Below, piece after piece: positions 31,049 to 38,878 of a DNA stretch of 64,000 nucleotides. Location: positions 802-64,801 of the forward strand of contig DATBWU010000155.1 in the NCBI GenBank assembly GCA_036514635.1, written 5' to 3'. Position numbers and translations under genes: made by a program. The notes below the pieces were generated by a model. That model did not search any database, had not been told where the DNA came from, and saw only the letters and a program-made list of their open reading frames with translations. The DNA comes from Anaerolineae bacterium. Its GTDB lineage: Bacteria; Chloroflexota; Anaerolineae; Fen-1058. Position 1 is the stretch's first letter. Each line of letters begins with the position of its first letter.

Positions 31049-31846
31049 TCAGTCGAATCTCATCAGCTGGGCCTGCCGCTGCTCGAACTGCGTCACGTAC
31101 TTCAGCCCCGCCGCCCGCGCCGCGTCGAGCGCCGCATCGAAGTCCGCGCCCACGAACTTGGGGTTGTGCGCATCCGAGCCGAGCGTGACGCGCTCGCCTC
31201 CCAACTCGACGTACCAGCGCAGAATATCCACGTTGGGGGTCAGGATTCGGCACGAGCTGCGCAGCCCTTTGGTGTTGAGGTCGAGCGCGATGCCATGCTC
31301 GATGCAATTCTTCAGCACCGGGCGGATGGCGTCTTCATAGCGGCGCGGATCGTACTCGCCATACACATCGAAACCCGTGCGTACCGGCACGTCGAAATGG
31401 CTGAGGATGTCGAATCCGCCGACGCGCGTCATGCGTTCCAGTTCTTCAAAGAACAGGCGGAAGGCTTCGTCGGCGGGGCGGCGGAAATACGCGCGGTCGA
31501 AGATCGATTCCGACCCAACCCAGTGCAGCGAGCCGAGCGCGTAATCGAACGGGTAGCGCCGGAGCATGGCCTCCGCCTCGGCGCGAAAGAGGTGTGGCTC
31601 GCCGATCTCGATGCCGGCGCGGACCACCAACCGCCCGTCGAACTCGGCGCGGCAATGAACCAGCTCGCCGGCCCACGGTTCCAGGCGGAACCAGTCTCGG
31701 TACGGCTCGTCGGGATGCAAATCGTAGTGCTCGGTGAAGCCGATCTCTGGAACACCTTTCTCGATTGCGCCGCGACACATCTCGGCCATCGTGAACTTGC
31801 AGTCGCATGAGAAGCTCGAATGCGCATGGTAGTCGTGTGGAATCAT
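31049..31846 (-). CDS. PHP-family histidinol-phosphatase (HisJ/HisK type)
   Basis: 265 aa. DYHAHSSFS, GFTEH, GSLHW, LGSDAH metal-ligand motifs. Confidence 0.85.
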   Translation of the reverse strand: MIPHDYHAHSSFSCDCKFTMAEMCRGAIEKGVPEIGFTEHYDLHPDEPYRDWFRLEPWAGELVHCRAEFDGRLVVRAGIEIGEPHLFRAEAEAMLRRYPFDYALGSLHWVGSESIFDRAYFRRPADEAFRLFFEELERMTRVGGFDILSHFDVPVRTGFDVYGEYDPRRYEDAIRPVLKNCIEHGIALDLNTKGLRSSCRILTPNVDILRWYVELGGERVTLGSDAHNPKFVGADFDAALDAARAAGLKYVTQFEQRQAQLMRFD

Positions 31847-31945
31847 ATCGCTGAAACGAAACGCGGCCAGTCATGCTTGACCGACCGCCCCCTAGAATTT
31901 GTGTGATTATACCATCATCAAGACGAATAGGCATTGCCTGTGTAC

Positions 31946-31974
31946 GCCTCAGCGATTGACCTACGTATCTTCCG
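31946..31974 (+). promoter_or_regulatory. Candidate promoter (TTGACC-17-TACAAT) for the low-GC two-gene unit
   Basis: TTGACC 31946-31951, TACAAT 31969-31974. Confidence 0.5.
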
Positions 31975-32091
31975 CCTGTACAATTGTGGTGCCCCGTTGC
32001 CACTTGTTCTGCTGCGCGGCGCAAGGCTGCGCGACTTGCGGCGGCTTCGCGCCGTATCTATCCTGATTCGTTAAGCAGCAATGGAGGCCGC

Positions 32092-32661
32092 GTGAACAAG
32101 ATCGCGGAACGTATCGAGCGTGAGGCCGGCATGCCCGGCCTCGTATCCATCCTTGCCGATCGTCTCGCACCAACGGACCTACAATCCATCCTTCTCGAGG
32201 TCTATCGCCTTCGCAGTCGCCAAATGCAACCCTCTACAGTGCTGTCACACTACCAGACCAACCGGTTCGTCCGGCCCTCGGCCGCATCACCGACTCAGCT
32301 TCTCCGCTGGGAGCAAGTCGCCTTCTCGCCGTTGAATGTTTCCGTCACAAATTTCGATCAGAACGCGCGCGAGGAGTTTCTTCAAACACAACTCCTCTCA
32401 CCGGTTCGATCAGAGTTCGAGAACGTCGACTGTGCCATCGACGACCAGCGAACGAGTGGTCGAGGATACTACCTTGACCTTTGCTTTCATGTCCACGCCA
32501 CGGCCACTTCCGGCCAGCGATTGGAACTCGTCGACGGTGGTTGTGTCAACTGGACACAGAAGTATCTGAGCAACGCCAGGGAGCGGCTTGTCATTAGCGG
32601 CCTGGGAACTGAAAGGCTTTGCCAAGCGCTTCAACCTGATGCGCTTCCTAGTTCGGCATGA
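32092..32661 (+). CDS. Hypothetical protein with a class-II aaRS (HisRS/HisZ) motif-3-like C-terminal half
   Basis: GTG 32092 after GGAGG. ...GRGYYLDLCFHV(8)GQRLELVDGGCVNW(11)RLVISGLGTERL parallels RGLDYY..VFE...GGGRYD...PAVGFA.G.ERL in order and spacing. N-terminal half unassigned. Confidence 0.5.
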   Translation: MNKIAERIEREAGMPGLVSILADRLAPTDLQSILLEVYRLRSRQMQPSTVLSHYQTNRFVRPSAASPTQLLRWEQVAFSPLNVSVTNFDQNAREEFLQTQLLSPVRSEFENVDCAIDDQRTSGRGYYLDLCFHVHATATSGQRLELVDGGCVNWTQKYLSNARERLVISGLGTERLCQALQPDALPSSA

Positions 32662-32738
32662 AGCCGTTGCTCAGACGGCCCGTGCCGCGACTGGCCGATC
32701 GCAAAGTGCCCGGACACGAAAATTTGGGGGAAAAGTCA

Positions 32739-34220
32739 ATGAACGTCCTGCTGATCTACCCGGAGTTCCCGGATACCTTCTGGAGTTTCAAGCACGCGCT
32801 CAGATTCATACGGAAAAAGGCCGTCTCGCCGCCGCTGGGCTTATTGACGGTTGCCGCGTTGCTACCGCCGGAATGGGACAAGCGTTTGATCGACGCCAAT
32901 ACGGCGAGTCTCACTGAAAAAGACCTGGCCTGGGCTGATTGTGTGTTCATCAGCGGCATGGTTGTTCAAAGAGAGTCGGCTCGCCAAATCATCACCCGTT
33001 GCAAAGCCGCCGGTATCATGGTCGTCGCCGGCGGGCCGCTCTTCACGATCGAGCATGAACAATTTGACGAGGTCGATCACTTCGTGCTCAACGAAGCCGA
33101 GCTGACACTACCGGCTTTTCTGGCCGATCTGGAACAGGGACGAGCCAGGCGGGTCTATACGACAGCCAACTTCGCCGACATCCGCAAGACGCCGGTTCCA
33201 GTGTGGGCGTTAGCCGATCTGGATCGATACGCCACGGTGAACGTCCAATTCTCCCGAGGCTGTCCGTTCAATTGCGATTTCTGCAACGTGACGGTGTTAT
33301 TAGGCCACCGGCCACGCACCAAGACCGCCCAGCAGATCATCACCGAGTTAAACAGCCTGGTCAATCTGGGTTACCGTGGGAGTGTCTTCTTCGTCGATGA
33401 CAACCTCATCGGAAACAAGCGCTGTCTCAAAACCGACCTGTTGCCCGCGCTCATCGAGTGGCAGCGAGGCAGGAAAAGGAAAGTAACGTTTAGCACGGAA
33501 GTCTCGATCAATCTGGCCGACGATCAGCCCTTAATGCAGATGCTGGTTGAAGCGGGGTTCAATACGGTCTTTATCGGGATCGAGACGCCGGATGAAGGCT
33601 GTTTGGTCGAGTGCGGCAAAAAGCAGAACACGAATCGCAATCTAATCGAAGATGTCAAACGCATCCAACGTGCTGGATTGCAGGTGCAGGGCGGCTTCAT
33701 CGTCGGTTTTGACCACGACACGTCGTCCATCTTTCAGCGGCAGATCGAGTTCATCCAGAAGAGCGGAATTGTGACAGCGATGGTCGGCCTGCTTCAGGCT
33801 CCGCCCGGCACGCGGTTGTACCAGCGCCTGAAACAGGAGGGTCGCCTGCTCGATCGCGCCTCAGGTGATAACGTCGATGGCACAACGAATATCATTCCCA
33901 AGATGAATCTCGATGCGTTGCGCGAGGGATACAAGACTATTCTGCGACACCTCTACTCACCGGAGCATTACTATCAGCGCATCAAAACCTTCTTGCGCGA
34001 GTATAGGCCGCCGAAAATCAAAGAACCGCTGGGCTTCGGGCAAATCCTGGCTTTCTTGCGTTCCATCTACCGGCTAGGTGTCATGGGTAAAGAACGACTT
34101 CAGTATTGGAATCTCCTGTTATGGACGCTGTTTCGGCGCCCGGGCCTGCTGCCGCAAGCCGTCACGCTTGCGATTTACGGTTACCATTTCCGCAAAATCT
34201 GCGAACTGCGCGTCCGCTAA
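32739..34220 (+). CDS. B12-binding domain radical SAM protein (DUF4070-type C-terminus)
   Basis: ATG 32739. N-terminal cobalamin-binding-like domain (VLLIYPEF...GLLTVAALLP), CPFNCDFC cluster motif at 33261-33284. Function unknown. Confidence 0.9.
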   Translation: MNVLLIYPEFPDTFWSFKHALRFIRKKAVSPPLGLLTVAALLPPEWDKRLIDANTASLTEKDLAWADCVFISGMVVQRESARQIITRCKAAGIMVVAGGPLFTIEHEQFDEVDHFVLNEAELTLPAFLADLEQGRARRVYTTANFADIRKTPVPVWALADLDRYATVNVQFSRGCPFNCDFCNVTVLLGHRPRTKTAQQIITELNSLVNLGYRGSVFFVDDNLIGNKRCLKTDLLPALIEWQRGRKRKVTFSTEVSINLADDQPLMQMLVEAGFNTVFIGIETPDEGCLVECGKKQNTNRNLIEDVKRIQRAGLQVQGGFIVGFDHDTSSIFQRQIEFIQKSGIVTAMVGLLQAPPGTRLYQRLKQEGRLLDRASGDNVDGTTNIIPKMNLDALREGYKTILRHLYSPEHYYQRIKTFLREYRPPKIKEPLGFGQILAFLRSIYRLGVMGKERLQYWNLLLWTLFRRPGLLPQAVTLAIYGYHFRKICELRVR

Positions 34221-34324
34221 AGCTCAGTGTTTGAAGTGGTCGAGGCCAGCGCCAGTGCGGCAGGATGAAGCTTCCATTCTCCACAGTGAACGCAGCGTTT
34301 AAGAGCCACTTACGACTCCAGATA

Positions 34325-34362
34325 GAAAAGCGGCCTAACCTCCAACAAGGAGGTTCGACCGC
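34325..34362 (-). terminator. Intrinsic terminator downstream of tRNA-Lys
   Basis: Minus strand: gcggtcgaacctcc ttgt tggaggttaggccgc followed by tttt. Confidence 0.6.
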
Positions 34363-34374
34363 CCAAAAAACCCA

Positions 34375-34448
34375 TGAGCCCGGAAGGACTCGAACCTTCA
34401 ACCAATTGCTTAAGAGGCAACTGCTCTGCCGAATTGAGCTACGGGCCC
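34375..34448 (-). tRNA. tRNA-Lys (anticodon CTT)
   Basis: Reverse complement folds as gggcccg-ta-gctc..gagc-a-gttgc-ctCTTaa-gcaat-tggtt-gaagg-ttcgagt-ccttc-cgggctc-a. 74 nt. Confidence 0.92.
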
Positions 34449-34461
34449 TGAAGCGACCGGC

Positions 34462-34490
34462 ATTATAAGTGGCCCATCTTACCTTGTCAA
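34462..34490 (-). promoter_or_regulatory. Consensus sigma-70 promoter of tRNA-Lys (TTGACA-17-TATAAT)
   Basis: Minus strand: TTGACA (34490-34485), 17 nt, TATAAT (34467-34462), 13 nt before the tRNA 5' end. Confidence 0.75.
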
Positions 34491-34605
34491 GTTCACGCGA
34501 ATAACGTGTGCACACAAAACATGTCAGGCCGTTTGCGCCCGACGATGCCCACTCCGCTGCGCTACGGGGTGCTTCGCAAAATCGTCGGCTCATACCACAA
34601 AGCCA

Positions 34606-34637
34606 GACACATGCGGTGCAGTGCTCCCGTAAATCCG
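34606..34637. repeat. Short dispersed repeat, family C copy 1
   Basis: gacacatgcggtgcagtgctcccgtaaa... is the reverse complement of 51100-51135. Confidence 0.8.
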
Positions 34638-34776
34638 GCTGTATTCAGCCCGGTTTACCGGGCTTGGCGGCCTGAGCCGGGCGGCTTCAGCCCCCGGCAG
34701 TGGGTGCACTGACAGCTTTGCGTGCACACCGAACAACGGGGTGCATGTAATGCTCCCGCACGTTCGGAACGTGGGC

Positions 34777-34919
34777 AGTCTCCCTCCAGAGTGTTGGTCT
34801 TACCGCAGAGCACGCAGACGCCAGAGGCGCGCAGAGGTTCTTAAGTTGCTCGGCGCTCTCCGCGCTCTCAGCGGTGAGAAACGGGGCCGATCTGCTCGCC
34901 AACACTGAGGCGGGAGACT
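34777..34919. repeat. MITE/REP-like element, family B copy 2 (complete, with 21-nt terminal inverted repeats)
   Basis: TIRs agtctccctccagagtgttgg (34777-34797) / ccaacactgaggcgggagact (34899-34919), 18/21 complementary. Inner GCAGAG-word hairpin. Confidence 0.85.
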
Positions 34920-34940
34920 ATCGGAACGCGGGAGAGGGCA

Positions 34941-37106
34941 TTACGGAAGCGGTTCTGTAGCTACTTTGTCCATCGCCGGGATGTACATGTCGTTCAGGTA
35001 CTCTTTCACCATGCGATCGGTGCTGAACATGGGCAGCAGGGTACGAATGGATTCCTTCACCAGGCGGATCCAGCCGGCGGGCAAACTACTGCCGTGGGGC
35101 CGATCATAGTACAGGGGCACGATGTCGTTTTCAAGCGTATCCAGCAACGATTCCGCGTCGGCGGCGTCCTGCGCCGGTTGGTCGGAGTAATCCGAATCGT
35201 CGCCGATGGCCCAGCCATTCGTGCCGTTGTATCCTTCGCGCCACCAACCGTCGAGCACACTGAAGTTCAACACGCCGTTCACGACCCCCTTCTGCCCGCT
35301 GGTGCCACTGGCCTCGTTAGGGCGACGCGGCGTGTTCAGCCATACGTCCACTCCTTGCAGCAGGTCGCGCGCCACGTCCATGTCATAGTCTTCCAGAAAG
35401 ACCATGCGCCCACCCAGGCCGGCGTCTTTGATGAACCGATACAGTTCCTGGATGAGATGCTTGCCTGGATCATCGGCCGGGTGTGCTTTTCCGGCGAAGA
35501 TGAACTGTACCGGGCGGGCAGGATCGTTGATGATGCGCCGAAGGCGGTCCGTGTCGTGCAGCAAGAGCGTCGCGCGTTTGTAGGTGGCGAAGCGACGGGC
35601 GAAGCCGACCGTCAGCACGTACGGATCGAGCAACACGCCTCCCGCTACGACCTGCACCGGATGCGTGCCGCCGCGTTGCCATTGTGCGCGGGCGCGCTCG
35701 CGAATGAATGCGCTCAGTTGCCGCTTCAGATGCCGTCGTGCGCCCCACACTTGCTCGTCTGGAATATCGCGCACGCGATCCCACAGCGCCTGGTCATCGA
35801 GGTGCTCACGCCAGTCCGGCCCGAGGTATCGGTTGTACAACTCCGCCATCCGATGGGCGAGCCAAGTCGGCGTGTGGATGCCGTTCGTGATCGAGCGAAT
35901 AGGGATTTCGTCCTCTGATCGATCCGGCCATAAGTATGCGAACATCTTGCGCGCCACCTGCCCGTGCAAATCGCTGACGCCGTTCACTCGCGCCGAGAAG
36001 CGAATCGCCAGCACCGACATGCTGAACACATCGCCCCACGGTTCGTGCTCCAACGCCAGCGCCAGGAACGCATCGCGGTCCACCCCCAGGTCCGGCCAGT
36101 AATTGGCGAAGTAGCGCTCCATCAGCCAGACCGGGAATTTATCGTGACCGGCGGGGACCGGCGTGTGAGTCGTGAAAATCGTCGTGGGGCGGATCTCCGC
36201 GCGCGCCTGCTCGAGGGTCATCCCATTGCGCACCAGTTCGGCTGCCCGTTCCAACACCAGGAACGCCGAATGACCTTCGTTCATGTGCCACACCACAGGG
36301 TTGTAGCCCAGTGTTCGCAACATGCGCACGCCGACGATGCCCAGGATCATCTCTTGCTGCAAGCGCCGCTCGATGTCACTGGAATACAGCCGCGCGGACA
36401 GGTGTTGATCGGCCGGATCGTTCGTATCGACGTGCGTGTCGATGAGGAACAGCGGCACGCGCCCCACCTGGGCGCGCCACACACGCGCCGTCACCTGGCG
36501 GCCCGGCAGGTCGACGTGCACGGCCACTTGATGGCCGGACTCGTCCACTTCCGGCAAGAGCGCCAGCTTGCTCAAGTCCAGCGGCTCGTTGATCGCTTCC
36601 TGCCAGCCGTCTTCGGTGATGCGCTGGCGGAAGTAGCCCTCGCGGTACAGAAAGCCGACACCGATCAGCGGCAGGCCCAGATCGCTGGCCTGCTTCAGAT
36701 GATCGCCCGACAGCACGCCCAGGCCGCCGGCATACATCGGCAGCGACTCGTGTAGCCCGAACTCGGTCGAGAAGTAAGCGATGGGCTTATTCAGCCGATC
36801 GGGCTGCGTGCGCGCCATCCACGTGTCGTCGGATTCCATGTATTCGTCAAACTCGGCGAGGATGCGGTTGTACAGCGCCATGTACGACGTGCTCTGAACC
36901 GCCGCGTTGAGATTGGAGCGGTGAACCTGCTGAAGAAACTCGACGGGGTTGTGCGACACCTGCCGCCACAGTACGTCGTCGATCCACTCGAACAGGTCGG
37001 GGGCCTGCGGATGCCACGACCACCACAGGTTGTAGGCCAGCTCGCCCAATCGGGCAATGGGTTTGGGCAGAGAGAACGATCGATTGCTGGTATGAATGGG
37101 TGTCAA
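34941..37106 (-). CDS. glgP: Alpha-glucan (glycogen/maltodextrin) phosphorylase, GT35
   Basis: 721 aa, TTG start with GGAG 7 nt upstream. LAYNLWWSW, GGLGVLSGD, EASGTSGQKG (PLP lysine). Confidence 0.92.
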   Translation of the reverse strand: MTPIHTSNRSFSLPKPIARLGELAYNLWWSWHPQAPDLFEWIDDVLWRQVSHNPVEFLQQVHRSNLNAAVQSTSYMALYNRILAEFDEYMESDDTWMARTQPDRLNKPIAYFSTEFGLHESLPMYAGGLGVLSGDHLKQASDLGLPLIGVGFLYREGYFRQRITEDGWQEAINEPLDLSKLALLPEVDESGHQVAVHVDLPGRQVTARVWRAQVGRVPLFLIDTHVDTNDPADQHLSARLYSSDIERRLQQEMILGIVGVRMLRTLGYNPVVWHMNEGHSAFLVLERAAELVRNGMTLEQARAEIRPTTIFTTHTPVPAGHDKFPVWLMERYFANYWPDLGVDRDAFLALALEHEPWGDVFSMSVLAIRFSARVNGVSDLHGQVARKMFAYLWPDRSEDEIPIRSITNGIHTPTWLAHRMAELYNRYLGPDWREHLDDQALWDRVRDIPDEQVWGARRHLKRQLSAFIRERARAQWQRGGTHPVQVVAGGVLLDPYVLTVGFARRFATYKRATLLLHDTDRLRRIINDPARPVQFIFAGKAHPADDPGKHLIQELYRFIKDAGLGGRMVFLEDYDMDVARDLLQGVDVWLNTPRRPNEASGTSGQKGVVNGVLNFSVLDGWWREGYNGTNGWAIGDDSDYSDQPAQDAADAESLLDTLENDIVPLYYDRPHGSSLPAGWIRLVKESIRTLLPMFSTDRMVKEYLNDMYIPAMDKVATEPLP

Positions 37107-37136
37107 AGTCGATCTCCAAACCGCTCAGGTGGAGCG

Positions 37137-37165
37137 ATTCTAACTCCCGGCCTGTGAACCGTCAA
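37137..37165 (-). promoter_or_regulatory. Candidate glgP promoter (TTGACG-17-TAGAAT)
   Basis: Minus strand: TTGACG (37165-37160), 17 nt, TAGAAT (37142-37137). Confidence 0.6.
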
Positions 37166-37177
37166 GCAGGAATCTGT

Positions 37178-37373
37178 TAGAGCGTGTCTGAAAAGCCGCC
37201 CAATTAACCACCAAGACACGAAGGCGCCAAGGTTTCTCCTGGTTTTCTTCACGTCTCGCCGTTTCCTGCTCTCCGTTGGAGAGCAGGCGGCGCCCTCGCC
37301 TAGCGCGTCGCCCGCGCGAAGCGTGGGGCACGACGAGGCGTGGTGACTTGGTGGTTAGGGCTTGTCAAGAAAT
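37178..37373. repeat. MITE/REP-like element related to family A, inverted and diverged (copy 3)
   Basis: Outer arm tagagcgtgtctgaaaagcc. Termini aaccaccaagacac (37206) / gtgacttggtggtt (37356). Shares the cgcctagcgcg core segment with copy 2. Confidence 0.7.
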
Positions 37374-37396
37374 AACTCCGCAGTTTTGTCATGCTG

Positions 37397-37594
37397 AGCG
37401 CAGCGAAGCATCTTTGCGCCAGATGTGGAGACCCTTCGCTGCGCTACCCAGAAACTTGCGCCATGGCCGGCGTGCGCCCGCCGATGAACTCGGCGGGCTA
37501 CACAACAGCGTCGGATGAATCCGACTAGCCCGATTCATCGGGCGCAGTAGCGCGGCGAATTCATCGCCGCGCAGGCACGCCGCGCGCAAGTTTC
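37397..37594. repeat. Mosaic of nested palindromes
   Basis: agcgcagcgaagc/cttcgctgcgct (37397-37445); gaaacttgcgc (37451-37461) / gcgcaagtttc (37584-37594); gatgaatc...gattcatc inside. Confidence 0.7.
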
Positions 37595-37712
37595 TTTCTT
37601 CGAGCCTATCGCCACCCGGCGCTGTGGGATTCTCAGGGTGACAGGCGGACTTATTCTTTGACGGCTCCTTAGTTTCATGACGACCTCTTAGCCGTTCCGC
37701 GACGGCGGATTG

Positions 37713-37721
37713 TGTTATACT
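37713..37721 (+). promoter_or_regulatory. Extended -10 element TGtTATACT, 7 nt before the ATG at 37729
   Basis: TG 37713-37714, TATACT 37716-37721. No SD before the start codon. Confidence 0.4.
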
Positions 37722-37728
37722 GCCCACG

Positions 37729-38709
37729 ATGAATTCGCTGCTGTACGTGTTCTTCGATGGCATCGGCCTTGGCCCGGACTCCGATGACAATCCTCTGGCC
37801 CGGGCCGATACCCCCCATGTTCGTGCGCTGATCGGCCGGGCGCTGATCGATGGCCCGGATGTCGCACGCGATGGCCTGCTGTTTCGTGGCATCGACGCGA
37901 CACTGGGGGTGGACGGTCTGCCGCAATCGGCCACCGGGCAGACGGCGCTGTTCACCGGCGTCAACGCGGCACACGCCGCCGGCATGCACATCGCGACTTA
38001 TCCTACCGCTCCGCTGCGCGCGATCCTCGCGGAGCACAGCCTGTTCAAGCGCGCCGCCGACGCGGGCCGCCGCGTGACATTCGCCAATCCATTTCACGCC
38101 ATTTACTGGCAGGCGGTTCAAGAGGGGCGCATCAAACTGTCGGCCACCACGCTGGCGATTCAAGCTGCCGGCGTCGCCTTCCGTGACCTCGCCGATCTAG
38201 AGCGTGGCGAAGCCGTGTTCTGGGACATCACACACGAGGTCGCGCAGCTAGGGCGACCGTTACGTGCGATACGTTCTGGCCACAAGGGCAAATCGATGGA
38301 GCCAGCCGGGACGGAACCGGTGCGAGACGACCGCTTCCCCATTCCGCCGATTACACCCGAAGAAGCCGGACGCCGCCTGGCGGCGCTGGCTGCTACTCAC
38401 GATGTGACGCTCTACGAATCCTTCCTCACCGATCTGGCCGGTCACCGCCGGCTGCCGATCGCGCCTGAGCAGATCATCGCTACCGTCGATGCGTTCATCG
38501 GCGCAATCGTGCGCCGCCGCGCCGCGCACACGACACTCGTCCTCACCAGCGATCACGGCAACCTCGAAACCCGAGCGTTCAAGGGACACACACGCAATCG
38601 CGTGCCGCTGCTCGTCGTCGGCCCGGCCGTCGATCATTTCCGGGAGGTGCGAGACATCACCCAGATCGCGCCGGCTATCCTCCGCGCGCTCGATGTGCCC
38701 ATCGCCTGA
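37729..38709 (+). CDS. Alkaline-phosphatase-superfamily metalloenzyme (cofactor-independent PGM / phosphopentomutase-like)
   Basis: 326 aa. N-terminal FFDGIGLG (metal Asp), C-terminal LTSDHGN motif. Substrate unknown. Confidence 0.6.
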   Translation: MNSLLYVFFDGIGLGPDSDDNPLARADTPHVRALIGRALIDGPDVARDGLLFRGIDATLGVDGLPQSATGQTALFTGVNAAHAAGMHIATYPTAPLRAILAEHSLFKRAADAGRRVTFANPFHAIYWQAVQEGRIKLSATTLAIQAAGVAFRDLADLERGEAVFWDITHEVAQLGRPLRAIRSGHKGKSMEPAGTEPVRDDRFPIPPITPEEAGRRLAALAATHDVTLYESFLTDLAGHRRLPIAPEQIIATVDAFIGAIVRRRAAHTTLVLTSDHGNLETRAFKGHTRNRVPLLVVGPAVDHFREVRDITQIAPAILRALDVPIA

Positions 38710-38718
38710 GGACTGTTC

Positions 38719-38805
38719 AGGTGACCGGCACTTCGACGCCTGGCAAGTATAGTCTTCCTTAAGTGCGAGGAGCGCTGCGAGAGGCCACCCAAGTGCCGGC
38801 CACCT
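38719..38805. repeat. Hairpin, family D copy 2
   Basis: aggtgaccggcactt (38719-38733) / aagtgccggccacct (38791-38805). Same arms as 30002-30062. Confidence 0.8.
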
Positions 38806-38878
38806 ATCACACAGTTTCATCCGTGCATCACAAGGGTAATGCACGGAACATGCAACACTTCGGGTATAATCCTCGCTG

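Noticed and set aside
31847-34448. A classical integrase-mediated genomic island at tRNA-Lys.
   Set aside because: There is no integrase, excisionase or mobility gene. By eye I found no direct repeat of the tRNA 3' segment (ggaaggactcgaacc) at the distal end near 31850-32100. It is kept only as a compositional insertion.
30906-34919. A composite transposon bounded by the two family B copies.
   Set aside because: No transposase lies inside, the copies are direct rather than inverted, and one is truncated. Chance bracketing by a dispersed repeat is at least as likely. It is reported only as a recombination substrate.
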